Shown piece by piece: positions 1 to 12,300 of a DNA stretch of 64,000 nucleotides; position 1 is the first letter of the stretch; the number at the start of each line of letters is the position of its first letter. The notes under the pieces were generated by a model, which worked only from the letters and a program-made list of their open reading frames with translations, was not told where the DNA came from and did no database searches. The position numbers and the translations under genes are program-made. Source of the DNA: Macrostomum hystrix (taxonomy: Eukaryota > Animalia > Platyhelminthes); contig CATNEN010000024.1 of the NCBI GenBank assembly GCA_950097015.1, forward strand, positions 5,518,001-5,582,000, given 5' to 3'.

Positions 1-43
1 GCCTAAAATCGACCTGAGCTACGGAAAGCGAAGGCGCATTAAC

Positions 44-253
44 CTGCAAGCACAGGTAGCAGATGTGCCGCATTGAGCCCACAGAGCAGGCACAGTGCAG
101 CCTGACCAGCGCGTTGATTCGGCCGCCGCCAGCCAGGATGTCGATGACAAACCTGGCGAGGCCGGTGTTAATCTCCTGCCTGGATTGCAGGCAGATCCGA
201 CAGCAGCTGTTGAGCTGGGCCGATCCGCCTCGCTCTGAGTCCTTTGTCGGCAT
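44..253 (-). CDS. First coding exon of a RING-CH (RINGv/MARCH-like) zinc-finger gene; continues off the left edge
   Basis: Hand translation from ATG 253: MPTKDSERGGSAQLNSCCRICLQ...LVRLHCACSVGSMRHICYLCLQ, then donor GTTAAT at 43. Matches the CRIC...CxCxGS...xxCL RINGv pattern. Absent from the ORF track because the frame has no stop inside the window. Confidence 0.6.
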
Positions 254-701
254 CGGCGCAATTTATCTGATGCTAACAGGTCTGTATAAAAAGTTTATAA
301 AATTCAAGAGAGTGAGCCCTTACTCTCCAAGGCCAGGCGTACTGAATTGCTTTTATAGTGCTCTAATTATATGTACGTGTGACAATACAATGGACAGAAA
401 GTATAACCCATTTATTTATTTATTTCTATGCGAGCGCTGTTCGGGCCATCGGTTTGTTCCTTCAATTAGGTACGCTCATGAGGTGAGTACATAGCATATG
501 CATATCAAAGTCCAGAAATATATGCATCTGTGACGACAAATTTAAAAATAAACTGGCAGCTTCTCGAAGAATAAGACTCAAAGATTCGCCGTTAGTGACT
601 CAAGAGGCACCACCGGCGTTGATCATCCGATTAGGGTACCCCTTACCTCCCTGGCTACGCCCCTGAGCTCAGTCACCCTACTATTCCCTCGGTCGCTCGA
701 G

Positions 702-2285
702 AAATTTCACCGGCTATTGAGAACACCGGCTCTCTCTAGAAATCTCAACGGCTCTCTCGGGAAATCTCACCGGCTCTCTCTAGAAATCTCACCGGCTCTC
801 TCGAGAAATCTCACCGGCTCTCTCGAGAAATCTCACCGGCTCTCTCGGGAAATCTCACCGGCTCTCTTGGGAAATCTCACCGGCTCTCTTGGGAAATCTC
901 ACCGGCTCTCTCGAGAAATCTCACCGGCTCTGTTGAGAAATCTCACCGGCTCTCTCTCGAGAAATCTCGCCGGCTTTCTTGGGAAATCTCACCGGCTCTC
1001 TTGGGAAATCTCACCGGCTCTCTCGAGAAATCTCACCGGCTCTCTTGGGAAATCTCACCGGCTCTCTTGGGAAATCTCACCGGCTCTCTTGGGAAATCTC
1101 ACCGGCTCTCTCTCGAGAAATCTCGCCGGCTCTCTTGGGAAATCTCACCGGCTCTCTTGGGAAATCTCACCGGCTCTGTTGAGAAATCTCACCGGCTCTC
1201 TCTCGAGAAATCTCGCCGGCTCTCTTGGGAAATCTCACCGGCTCTCTTGGGAAATCTCACCGGCTCTCTTGGGAAATCTCACCGGCTCTATTGGGAAATC
1301 TCACCGGCTCTCTTGGGAAATCTCACCGGCTCTCTCTCGAGAAATCTCGCCGGCTCTCTTGGGAAATCTCACCGGCTCTCTTGGGAAATCTCACCGGCTC
1401 TCTTGGGAAATCTCACCGGCTCTCTCGAGAAATCTCACTGGCTCTCTCGAGAAATCTCACCGGCTCTCTCGAGAAATCTCACCGGCTCTCTCGAGAAATC
1501 TCACCGGCTCTCTCGAGAAATCTCATCGGCTCTCTTGGGAAATCTCACCGGCTCTCTTGGGAAATCTCACCGGCTCTGTTGAGAAATCTCACCGGCTCTC
1601 TCTCGAGAAATCTCGCCGGCTCTCTTGGGAAATCTCACCGGCTCTCTCTCGAAATCTCACCGGCTCTCTCGAGAAATCTCACCGGCTCTCTTGGGAAATC
1701 TCGCCGGCTCTCTTGGGAAATCTCACCGGCCCTCTTGGGAAATCTCACCGGCTCTCTTGGGAAATCTCACCGGCTCTCTCTAGAAATCTCACCGGCTCTC
1801 TCGAGAAATCTCACCGGCTCTCTCGAGAAATCTCACCGGCTCTCTCGAGAAATCTCACCGGCTCTCTCAAGAAATCTCACCGGCTCTCTTGGGAAATCCC
1901 ACCGGCTCTCTTGGGAAATCTCACCGGCTCTCTTGGGAAATCTCACCGGCTCTCTCGAGAAATCTCATCGGCTCTCTTCGGAAATCTCACCGGCTCTCTC
2001 AAGAAATCTCACCGGCTCTCTTTGGAAATCTCACCGGCTCTCTTGGGAAATCTCACCGGCTCTCTTGGGAAATCTCACCGGCTCTCTTGGGAAATCTCAC
2101 CGGCTCTCTTGGGAAATCTCACTGGCTCTCTCGAGAAATCTCACCGGCTCTCTCTCGAAATCTCATCGGCTCTCTTGGGAAATCTCACCGGGTCTCTTGG
2201 GAAATCTCACCGGCTCTCTTGGGAAATCTCACCGGCTCTCTTGGGAAATCTCACCGGCTCTCTTGGGAAATCTCACCGTCCTTCT
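702..2285. repeat. 22-bp minisatellite (GAAATCTCACCGGCTCTCTTGG), about 70 units
   Basis: Direct reading; it produces the spurious SLGKSHRLSWEISPALLGNLTG ORFs. Confidence 0.95.
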
Positions 2286-3015
2286 CGAAAAGACGTATCA
2301 AATATCTTCCCACAGAGAGGAGAAATACCACATTCTCTATCAAAACCTCCGAAATCTCACGGCATCTTATGTAATTCTAGTCTCCCTAAAACCTTCTCAG
2401 TCCCAAATCACTATCTCGATTATATTAAAAAGTCTCTGCGACCTCCAGAAGTCCCTCTGACAACCCAAATCGCTCATCGACGAAATCCCAAAAAGCCTAA
2501 AAAATTATCGCAGCTAGGCTAGAAATAAGCAAATAACAATGTCAGCATCGAACATCAAACCAGTGGCAAAAGCGCGACTAATATTTGCATCAAATTTTGA
2601 TGGCGATGCTGGGCTTTTAGTTGCGTTTTTCCACTCGAATTCCTATTTTCGAGCCCAGCATGGGTTCGTCTGGCCTGAGCTTGACCTCTGGGAGTTCTAA
2701 AACAGCGACTGCAGCCCAACTCCGCGTACAAGATCCAACAGATCAGTAGAGTGAGGCTTACGAAGTTCAAGAGCTGCAAATAGGGATTGGAAAAGCAGCG
2801 GGAACCAGATAGCACACACGAGAGGGGAGAGGAAAGATTAGCGGCCACGTGTCTCGAGCACAGGACCTGCTGTTCATTCCCATTGGCTATTCACAGACTT
2901 TGAGAGCGAAAGAGAGTATAAAATAGGCGGGCCACGAGTGAAGCAGCGCCTCGCAGAGTTTATCTATCGAATTAATTGCTAAAGGGAAGCCTAGCTGCTT
3001 AAGCAAGGCTTTCGA

Positions 3016-6000
3016 ATGACTGGTCTGAGTATCCCTGACGAGCTGCAGTGGATTGTCATCGTTGGCTTCGTCGTAGCCTTCGTTCTCGCGTTTGGCATCG
3101 GCGCCAACGATGTGGCCAACAGCTTCGGCACCTCGGTGGGCTCCGGCGTGCTCAGTCTGCGCCGGGCCTGCATCCTGGCCACCGTGTGCGAGACTGCCGG
3201 CTCCGTTCTGCTCGGTGCTAAAGTGTCCGACACTATTCGCAAGGGCATCATTGACGTAGATCTGTACAGCGGCACTGGCGGCATCAACGGCACAGAGTCC
3301 GACATCCCTGGACCGAAGCTGATTATGCTCGGCCAGCTGTCCAGCCTCTCTGGCGCCTGCCTGTGGCTGCTGGTGGCCACTTTCCTGCGGGTGCCAGTTT
3401 CTGGCACACATTCTATTGTTGGCGCCACCGTTGGCTTCTCCCTGGTGGCCACCGGAACTGCTGGCGTGCACTGGGCCAAGCTGGGGCTCATTGGTAAGCT
3501 GTGGCTCATTGGTGAGCTGGGACGAAACTGGGGCTCATTGGTGAGCTGGGACGAAACTGGGGCTCATTGGTGAGCTGGGGTTTATTGGTGAGCTGGGGTT
3601 CATTGGTGAGCTGGGGTTCATTGGTGAGCTGGGGTTCATTGGTGAGCTGGGGTTCATTGGTGAGCTGGGGTTCATTGGTGAGCTGGGGTTCATTGGTGAG
3701 CTGGGGTTCATTGGTGAGCTGGGGTTCATTGGTGAGCTGGGGTTCATTGGTGAGCTGGGGTTCATTGGTGAGCTGGGGTTCATTGGTGAGCTGGGGTTCA
3801 TTGGTGAGCTGGGGTTCATTGGTGAGCTGGGGTTCATTGGTGAGCTGGGGTTCATTGGTGAGCTGGGGTTCATTGGTGAGCTGGGACGAAACTGGGGCTC
3901 ATTGGTGAGCTGGGGTTCATTGGTGAGCTGGGACGAAACTGGGGCTCATTGGTGAGCTGGGGTTCATTGGTGAGCTGGGACGAAACTGGGGCTCATTGGT
4001 GAGCTGGGGTTCATTGGTGAGCTGGGACGAAACTGGGGCTCATTGGTGAGCTGGGGTTCATTGGTGAGCTGGGACGAAACTGGGGCTCATTGGTGAGCTG
4101 GGGCTCATTGGTGAGCTGGGGCTCATTGGTGAGCTGGGGCTCATTGGTGAGCTGGGGTTCATTGGTGAGCTGGGAAAAGTCTAAAAGGGCAAGTTTGCGC
4201 CCTAAGAAATTTGCGCTCCTTTGCCCCGAGTCTCAAATTGTGTGCGCCGTGGGAATCGACAGGCGGGGCTGATCTCGGCCAGTTTTCTTCCATAGTCTCA
4301 AACGATCTATTCGCCAAGAACATTCCGGAAGATGTAAGTAGAAGAAGCTATCGATAATCATTAGTCGAAATGGCATCGCTCAGATCCTACAGGGTCTAGG
4401 AGGAGGGCCACAATTAGATTGAGGAGACAGGCAGCAAAAAAACTAATTGAAGCTCCTGAAGCTAAGCCGCTGAATCACATGAGACGGTTGAGAACAAGGG
4501 AAGATTGTGAGGCGGGGCTGATGAGGTCTAGGGCGAACTCTCAGTCCCTTTGAAGCTCTCCCCACCTCCGCAGCTGACGAGAGCTACCTAGATTGCCATC
4601 ATTTTAAATTATCCCCCTAGCAGTCGTAGCTGCACAGAAGGCATGGACAACAGCGCAGATATTAAGCACTGATCAATTATACTGGAAGTAAATTTGACAC
4701 TGAAAGGCAGTATAGATATTCTCAAAACGATTCAAAACTTGTTGAGCTGTTGACCTGCTCTATGTGCTTCAAGTTCCTCTTATCCTTTACGCTTGACAAC
4801 TGATAATCACCCGGCAACTTCTCAGCTCTTCAGGTGTATATTTTTGTCAAAACGGGACAGGACTTTGCACCCCCCACGGGACTATAGAGTGACACATTGT
4901 GGGCCAGTGTGCACCCGGTTTTTCTGTGATTTAGTTCAAAGCAGTTCAATTCTAAGTGATTAGATAACGCAGAGGAAGCTATTTTTACAAACCCTGTGTT
5001 GTTCTGTGTGTTTATATTTATGATTATATAATACTTTTATTGAGCTAGTTTTGACGCTAGTTTTCTCAGCACTAAGAAAGGATTGAATGTACTAGAAAAT
5101 ACCTACTCGTAAAGTTTTGGGAAACTTTTTTCCTGAAGATAAACTTGTTCGAGTCCTGAGTTAGAATCTAATGAGTCCTGAGTTAGAATCTATTGAGTCC
5201 TGAGTGAGAATCTAATGAGTCCTGAGTTAGAATCTAATGAGTCCTGAGTTAGAATCTAATGAGTCCTGAGTTAGAATCTAATGAGTCCTGAGTTAGAATC
5301 TAACGAGTCCTGAGTTAGAATCTAATGAGTCCTGAGTTAGAATCTAATGTGTCCTGAGTTAGAATCTAATGTGTCCTGAGTTAGAATCTAATGAGTCCTG
5401 AGTTAGAATCTAATGTGTCCTGAGTTAGAATCTAATGTGTCCTGAGTTAGAATCTAATGTGTCCTGAGTTAGAATCTAATGTGTCCTGAGTTAGAATCTA
5501 ATGTGTCCTGAGTTAGAATCCAATGAGTCCTGAGTTAGAATCTAATGAGTCCTGAGTTAGAATCTAGCGAGTCCTGAATATCGCAGCTATAATTATTTTA
5601 TTTGTGCATTCATTTCAGTGTCGTCTTGGTTCATTTCTCCACTGCTTAGCGGTGCCATCTCAGTGGGTCTATTCTATCTAATCAAGGTGCTCGTACTGCT
5701 CAAGGTTGGTCCGACTTGGAGTCTGATAAATCGTTAACTTTAGTCGAGCAAAAAAGCATAACCTTAAAAAACCACCCGAAGGACAATGCCATGGAACCCG
5801 GCCTCAGACTTTTGCCGCTCATCTACGGAACGACCGTCGTGATCAATATCTTCTCGGTAGTCTACGAGGGCCCAGACTGTAATTCAATAATATCTGCAGT
5901 GAAACTTGAAACAAACTCGTAAAAATCATTAAAAAACGGGAGTTAAATAATTATTGTAATACTTGCAGGAGGGCTGTGGCCGATGGCACATCAGCTGGTG

Positions 6001-7543
6001 TTAGACCCGCAGCCAGCGAGGAGGCAATTCTGCCCATCCCGCTGACTCCTCGGTAACCCACACACAGAGGTGTGTACATCTGCCCTGACTTTCTCATCGT
6101 CAGGCAGTGCACACCCTCACTGTGCCTTGGATGTGTTGGCCCTCAAGGGCGTAAATTTCACGACAAGCCCCCATGCCTTCTCTTCGCGACTGCGCCTCAA
6201 ATAATTGTGACCTCGCCGCGGAATCGAGCTCAGGGACCTTAGAACCACTCATTCTCAACGAGAGATTTAAGCAACGATGATTTTGATAGACAGACGTATT
6301 AGGCGGTGTTTTCGGGAGAGCAATGAATTTAAGGCCAAAACAGAGAATATTGAAAATACGCATGGCACGGAGCAGGAATTTAGAACCATAATCCAACGCG
6401 AACCCCCTGAGCAGTGCTGAGGTTCAACAGGATCCCGATGTGGGGCTGTGTCATAGTGGCGTACGCTGTTGGCATCGCCTGCTCTGTGCTAGTCAAGCTG
6501 TGGCTGGTACCTTGGCAGAGGAGACGCATTGTCCGTGAGTATTAGTAATTATTTAATAAGTTACACGTTACACTAAGTTAATAAAACTTAACTTCCACCT
6601 TCTACGTTCGACAAGGCGACCTGCAAGAGCGTGCCAGGACTCGGCTACAACGCCGCAGACGATCCCTGTCTCGAGCTTCGAGCAGTGCCCCCCGTCTACC
6701 AGTCAAGATCTTTGAGGAGGCTGATGCTGACACCCTGCAAGAAGGTGCTGAAGTTTCCGAAAACCTCCTCGATGAAAATCCAACAACAGACACCGACTCT
6801 GGGCCTGCCCCGGCCGTCTCCGTCATCAAAGACAGGCCGGAGCAATCCAGCATCTTCGCGTGGCTGCAGATCCTGACGGCCGTGTTCGGCTCATTCGCCC
6901 ATGGAGGTAACGATGTCAGCAACGCCATCGGTCCGTTAATTGGCATTTGGATGGTTGCCACCACTGGCGAAGTCGGCAGTAAGGCGATGACGCCGGTGCA
7001 CATCCTGCTATTCGGTGGGGCCGGCATCAGCATCGGCTTGTGGGTGTGGGGTCGCCGGGTTATCCAGACACTCGGCGAGGATCTCACGACCATCACGCCT
7101 TCCAGGTGCGCATCACGCTATCTCTCACTGAGATGGTCTAGATGTTTTTATCTTTATTAACTAAAATAACAAATAACGTGTCTGTTTATCTACTCCTCAA
7201 AAGCGTTCGAAAAAAAGTTACGAGTACATTTGAACATTGCCCCAGTACATTCCGAAGCTGACACTCAGCTATTTCATTCTTCTGAAATCCGACTCACTGC
7301 AGCGGCTTCTGCATCGAGCTTGGCGCCGCCATCGCCGTACTGCTGGCTTCAAACATTGGCATCCCGATCAGCACCACCCACTGCAAGGTTGGCAGCGTGG
7401 TCCTAGTTGGTTTCTTCCGTAATCGAGACAACGTACGCTGGTCGATATTTCGCAACATCCTAATCGCCTGGCTTGTCACCCTACCTGTTAGCGCCGCCAT
7501 CAGTGGCGCTGTCATGGCTGCGCTGCGCGCCGCTGCTCTGTGA
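3016..7543 (+). CDS. SLC20A: Sodium-dependent phosphate transporter, SLC20/PiT family, 503 aa; exons 3016-3493, 5619-5704, 5782-5878, 6415-6534, 6616-7105, 7303-7543
   Basis: Signature motifs [39 protein letters not shown] and [12 protein letters not shown]. All introns are GT-AG and the exons sum to 1512 nt in frame. Confidence 0.95.
3481..4173 (+). repeat. 18-bp minisatellite (CTGGGGTTCATTGGTGAG) with 29-bp variants, starting at the exon 1 donor of SLC20
   Basis: The unit is a copy of the exon/intron junction CTGGGGCTCATTG|GTAAG. Confidence 0.95.
5154..5577. repeat. 22-bp minisatellite (GAGTCCTGAGTTAGAATCTAAT) in SLC20 intron 1
   Basis: Direct reading, about 19 units. Confidence 0.95.
5980..6242 (-). 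mobile_element. tRNA-derived SINE, family 1, 5'-truncated copy in an SLC20 intron
   Basis: Shares a B-box-like GCTCGATTCC, CTGCCTGACGATGAGAAAGTCAGGGCAG and GGCAGAATTGCCTCCTCGCTGGCTGCGGGTCTA with the copies at 26.6 kb and 52.1 kb. Confidence 0.8.
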
Positions 7544-9305
7544 CGTCGCTCTTATGAGCTATACAAATTTGTTGTTTTAACTAATTTTAACTTCATAATC
7601 ATTTCAAACGTGCAGAAAATTCTGTCAAAGAGACTAGCAAACTATGATCCATGTCCGAGAGCTCTAGCCATGTTAAGACTTTTTTCAGTGTGCGATATAA
7701 GCGGTTTCATTTATTAGAATGTCAGGTTTGATTATGGCTATCATATTGATTGGTTAAATAGACTGTGACCTGATCAAATCATGAATAAAAATTCTAGCAC
7801 TTTGAGCTAGGAAACCCGCATTATAAAAGTAAGTATTTTAGAGATTTTTTTAATGAAATTTAAGCGGTATGTATGTAAATGCGCAATTTTCAAGAAAAAC
7901 AGTCAAATTTGATCGATTAAAATTCGCTTTTATTTCGGCTTTCTAATTGCCAAACTGTTGATACTTAATCATTTAAAAACAAAAAAAATAATTTTGTGAC
8001 GAAAAGGGTTAGATTTATATGTGCCCCCAAAAATACAATATCCGTAAGTAGCTATTAATATATATCGAAGTTGCAAATATTTCATTAAAAAACATTACAT
8101 TACCATAGAAAATCGTTATAAAATGTAATATGTAATTTCTATACAATCAATAAATTACTTATTAAATGAGGTACCTTTTTGTTACGCAAACTATTTTCTG
8201 TTCGTTTTGAACACTAAATTATAAAACATACTCCACACTAGTTTTTATTGTGTTTTAATAACCGTAGCGGTAAGCAAAACTCCTGGAAAAGCTACCGCTA
8301 GTTTGAAACGTAAAACGAATGACATTTTTCTTGATTCCATTCTTCGTAACAAAGCTTATTGTTAGGCAAGCTAATTTTGTGTAACCAGTAAAAATAAAAT
8401 ATGTTTTCATGCTTTTGACTTTATTTATATAATTCCCATAAACAAAAAATATCTTTAAGATCATTTGTGTGATTATTAAGCAATTAGATGTTGCTGATTT
8501 GGTATTGATATATTTATTAGTCGAATCACGTTTGACGGTTTGTCCATACTTAATATGTCAAATTTGACATAAAATTGACAGTTTAGACATTTAGACATTT
8601 TAGAAAGCTAGCTAAAAGTAAAAAAACTATTTTAGTTTTTTATCTAGGCCTAGTGAGTATTGGTACCAAATACTGCTTTTAAGTTGTGATCGGTATGACA
8701 GTTACAATAAATATTATGGTTATTTAAATCTTGGTTAGACCTATTATTACCAAGTCCCTACTTGGTAAATAGACAAGTTATTGAGTATTGAGTAATAATG
8801 GTAGATATTTTGCTGTACTTAGCATTTTGAACATGAGATATTGTTTACTAATTTTCGTTCTAATTTGATTTATGTAGCAATAGCTCTTTTGTGAGTGTCC
8901 AAAAAGGTTTTTAATTGTTAGAATATGAACAAATGACCAAAATATTTACAGTCTAGAATTATGCGCATTTGGCCAAAATGTTAAAATTAAAGCTCTAATG
9001 ACTATATTATTTTTTTAACTGCATAAAATGTGTCAATATATGTTTATTAGCCAATGGCTTTGTATTTAGCTTAGCTAGCTATGTAGGCCTATAATGCACT
9101 GATTGAGGCACTAATGCACTATTTGTTAGATACATAAACTAAAATCTTACATTATAATAATCTTTAGGAATGCATTTTTGATTGCTAAAAAGGTGTAAAA
9201 AAGTTTAACATTTGTATGTATTGAAGAATCACAATGCTTACTATGTGCATATATGCCCCTTTGTTTGGTCACTTCCATTTTCAGTCGGCAAGCTTGGTCA
9301 GGCAA

Positions 9306-12300
9306 ATGTCGCAGAATTACCAGGTCCTGGGAATTATCGACCGCGGCAGGCCTGGTGTTGTCATCTATAAAGTGGTGGACAATGCTCAGTCCAGGTAAAA
9401 TATTCTATTAAGACAGCTTGATCCAGGATTCCAAAACTTATTGGCGTTGCCACGATATTTCAACATCTGGGAAACTTCACTGATATTGACTTAGCTCCAT
9501 TGTCTCATCTCTCCACCATATTCTCAACTCTCCACCGTCTCATCTCTCCACCGTCTTATCTCTCCACCGTCTCATCTCTCCACCGTCTCATCTCTCCACT
9601 GTCTTCTCATCTCTCCACTGTCTCATCTCTCCACCGTCTCATCTCTCCACCTTCTCATCTCTCCACTGTCTTCTTATCTCTCCACTGTCTCATCTCTCCA
9701 CTGTCTTCTTATCTCTCCACTGTCTCATCTCTCCACTGTCTTCTCATCTCTCCACCGTCTCATCTCTCCACAGTCTCATCTCTCCACAGTCTCATCTCTC
9801 CACAGTCTCATCTCTCCACAGTCTCATCTCTCCACAGTCTCATCTCTCCACAGTCTCATCTCTCCACCGTCTCATCTCTCCACTGTCTCATCTCTCCACT
9901 GTCTTCTCATCTCTCCACTGTCTCATCTCTCCACCGTCTCATCTCTCCACTGTCTCATATCTCCACTGTCTTCTCATCTCTCCACTGTCTCATCTCTCAA
10001 CCGTCTCATCTCTCCACCGTCTCATCTATCCACCGTCTCATCTCTCCACCGTCTTATCTCTCCACTGTCTTCTCATCTCTCCACCGTCTCTTCTCTCCAC
10101 CGTCTCATCTTTCAACCGTCTCATCTCTCCACCGTCTCATCTCTCCACTGTCTTCTCATCTCTCCACCGTCTCTTCTCTCCACCGTCTCATCTCTCCACT
10201 GTCTCATCTCTCCACTGTCTTCTCATCTCTCCACCGTATCTTCTCTCCACCGTATCATCTCTCCACCGTCTCTTCTCTCCACCGTCTCTTCTCTCCACCG
10301 TCTCATCTCTCAACCGTCTCATCTCTCCACCGTCTCATCTCTCCACTGTCTTCTCATCTCTCCACCGTATCTTCTCTCCACCGTATCTTCTCTCCACTGT
10401 CTCATCTCTCCACTGTCTTCTCATCTCTCCACTGTCTTCTCATCTCTCCACCGTATCTTCTCTCCACCGTATCTTCTCTCCACCGTATCTTCTCTCCACC
10501 GTCTCATCTCTCCACCGTCTTATCTCTCCACCGTATCTTCTCTCCACCGTCTCATCCCTCCCCTATCTCATCTCAAAGAGGAGAAGAGGGGATCCTATGC
10601 CTAGATCCGACACTGTAATTTACAGTAGCGCAGTATTTACTGCTTTAAAAGTCAGCAGAAATGCCACTGCTGTTACCGTTTCAATGATTTGAGAGAAAAA
10701 CTGAAAAACTGGAAAAACTTCCAGAATATTCGCCATGAAGAAGGTCTGCTTAGACAGCGAAGATGAGAGCCGCAGTCGATCGTTTGTTGAACGGGAGGCC
10801 AAACTGCTGAGAAGTCTGTCCTGCTCTCATCTGGTCTGGTGCTATGCGGCTTTCACTAACGAGGACTGCACCACGTACTCCATTGTCACTGTGCGTGCCA
10901 CTGCTGCTATCTGCTTTTGCTGGCCCTAATTAGCTGTTGACTGTATTTTGTTATTGTCCATAAGCAGCTGTCCTATAAACAGCTGTCATCCTTCTCTTTT
11001 CTGGTCCTTCAATTAGCTCTTAACAGCACTTTATTATGGTCCTTTAATTACCTGTTAAAAGTATTTTTCTATGGTCCTTCAACCGGCTATTATCCTTCTC
11101 TATTATGGTCCTTCAATCGGCTATTGTACTTCTCTATTCTGGTCCTTCAATCGGCAGTTATCCTTCTCTATTCTGGTCCTTCAATCGGCTGTTATCCTTC
11201 TCTATTCTGGTCCTTCAATCGGCTATTATCCTTCTCTATTCTGGTCCTTCAATCGCTATTATCCTTCTCGATTCTGGTCCTTCAATCGGCTATTATCCTT
11301 CTCTATTCTGGTCCTTCAATCGGCTATTATCCTTCTCTATTCTGGTCCTTCAATCGGCTGTTATCCTTCTCTATTCTGGTCCTTCAATCGGCTATTATCC
11401 TTCTCTATTCTGGTCCTTCAATCGGCTGTTATCCTTATCTATTCTGGTCCTTCAATCGGCTGTTATCCTTCTCTATTCTGGTCCTTTAATCGGCTGTTAT
11501 CCTTCTCTATTCTGGTCCTTCAATCGGCTGTTATCCTTCTCTATTCTGGCCCATCAGTGTTTAGTTAGTTGGATAAGGCAAATAAAATGCGCCTGATTGC
11601 ATAAAGGGTTAAATTAACTGTATTTCAGGACTACTGCGAAGGCGGAAACTTAGCGAAGCACATTGCCTGCAAAAAGATGGTGTGTTGACTGCCTTGCTAA
11701 TTAATATAATACAAACCGAAGGCATTCAGTGCTAACGTTTCTTCCGTTTTCTTTCAAGGCAAATGAAAGCTTTGACGAGGATGAGATCATGCATGTGAGC
11801 CAGCATGAGATTTGTTTCTTGGACATAATTGTCTGTATCAACCAATACTTATTAACTAATTGATCAACTATTGCTATTCTATTTCAGTGGTTCGTGCAAG
11901 TCACACTGGGCTTGAATTACCTGCATAACAAGAGAATTCTGCACAGGTGTGTGTTGCCCAACTATAAATAACTTTGTATTGGCTGTCAGTCTCTTAGATA
12001 TGTTGTTCTTCAATCTACCCTGACTTCCTCCACTGGTCCTTCAATCTACCCCGACTTCCTTCACCGGTCCTTCAATCTACCCTGACTTCCTCCACTGGTC
12101 CTTCAATCTACCCCGACTTCCTTCACTGGTCCTTCAATCTACCCCGACTTCCTCCACTGGTCCTTCAATCTACCCCGACTTCCTCCACTGGTCCTTCAAT
12201 CTACCCCGACTTCCTCCACTGGTCCTTCAATCTACCCTGACTTCCTCCACTGGTCCTTCAATCTACCCCGACTTCCTCCACTGGTCCTTCTATCTACCCC

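Noticed and set aside
717-2522. 601-aa ORF and overlapping ORFs
   Set aside because: Translations of a 22-bp tandem repeat, open in several frames with no domain content.
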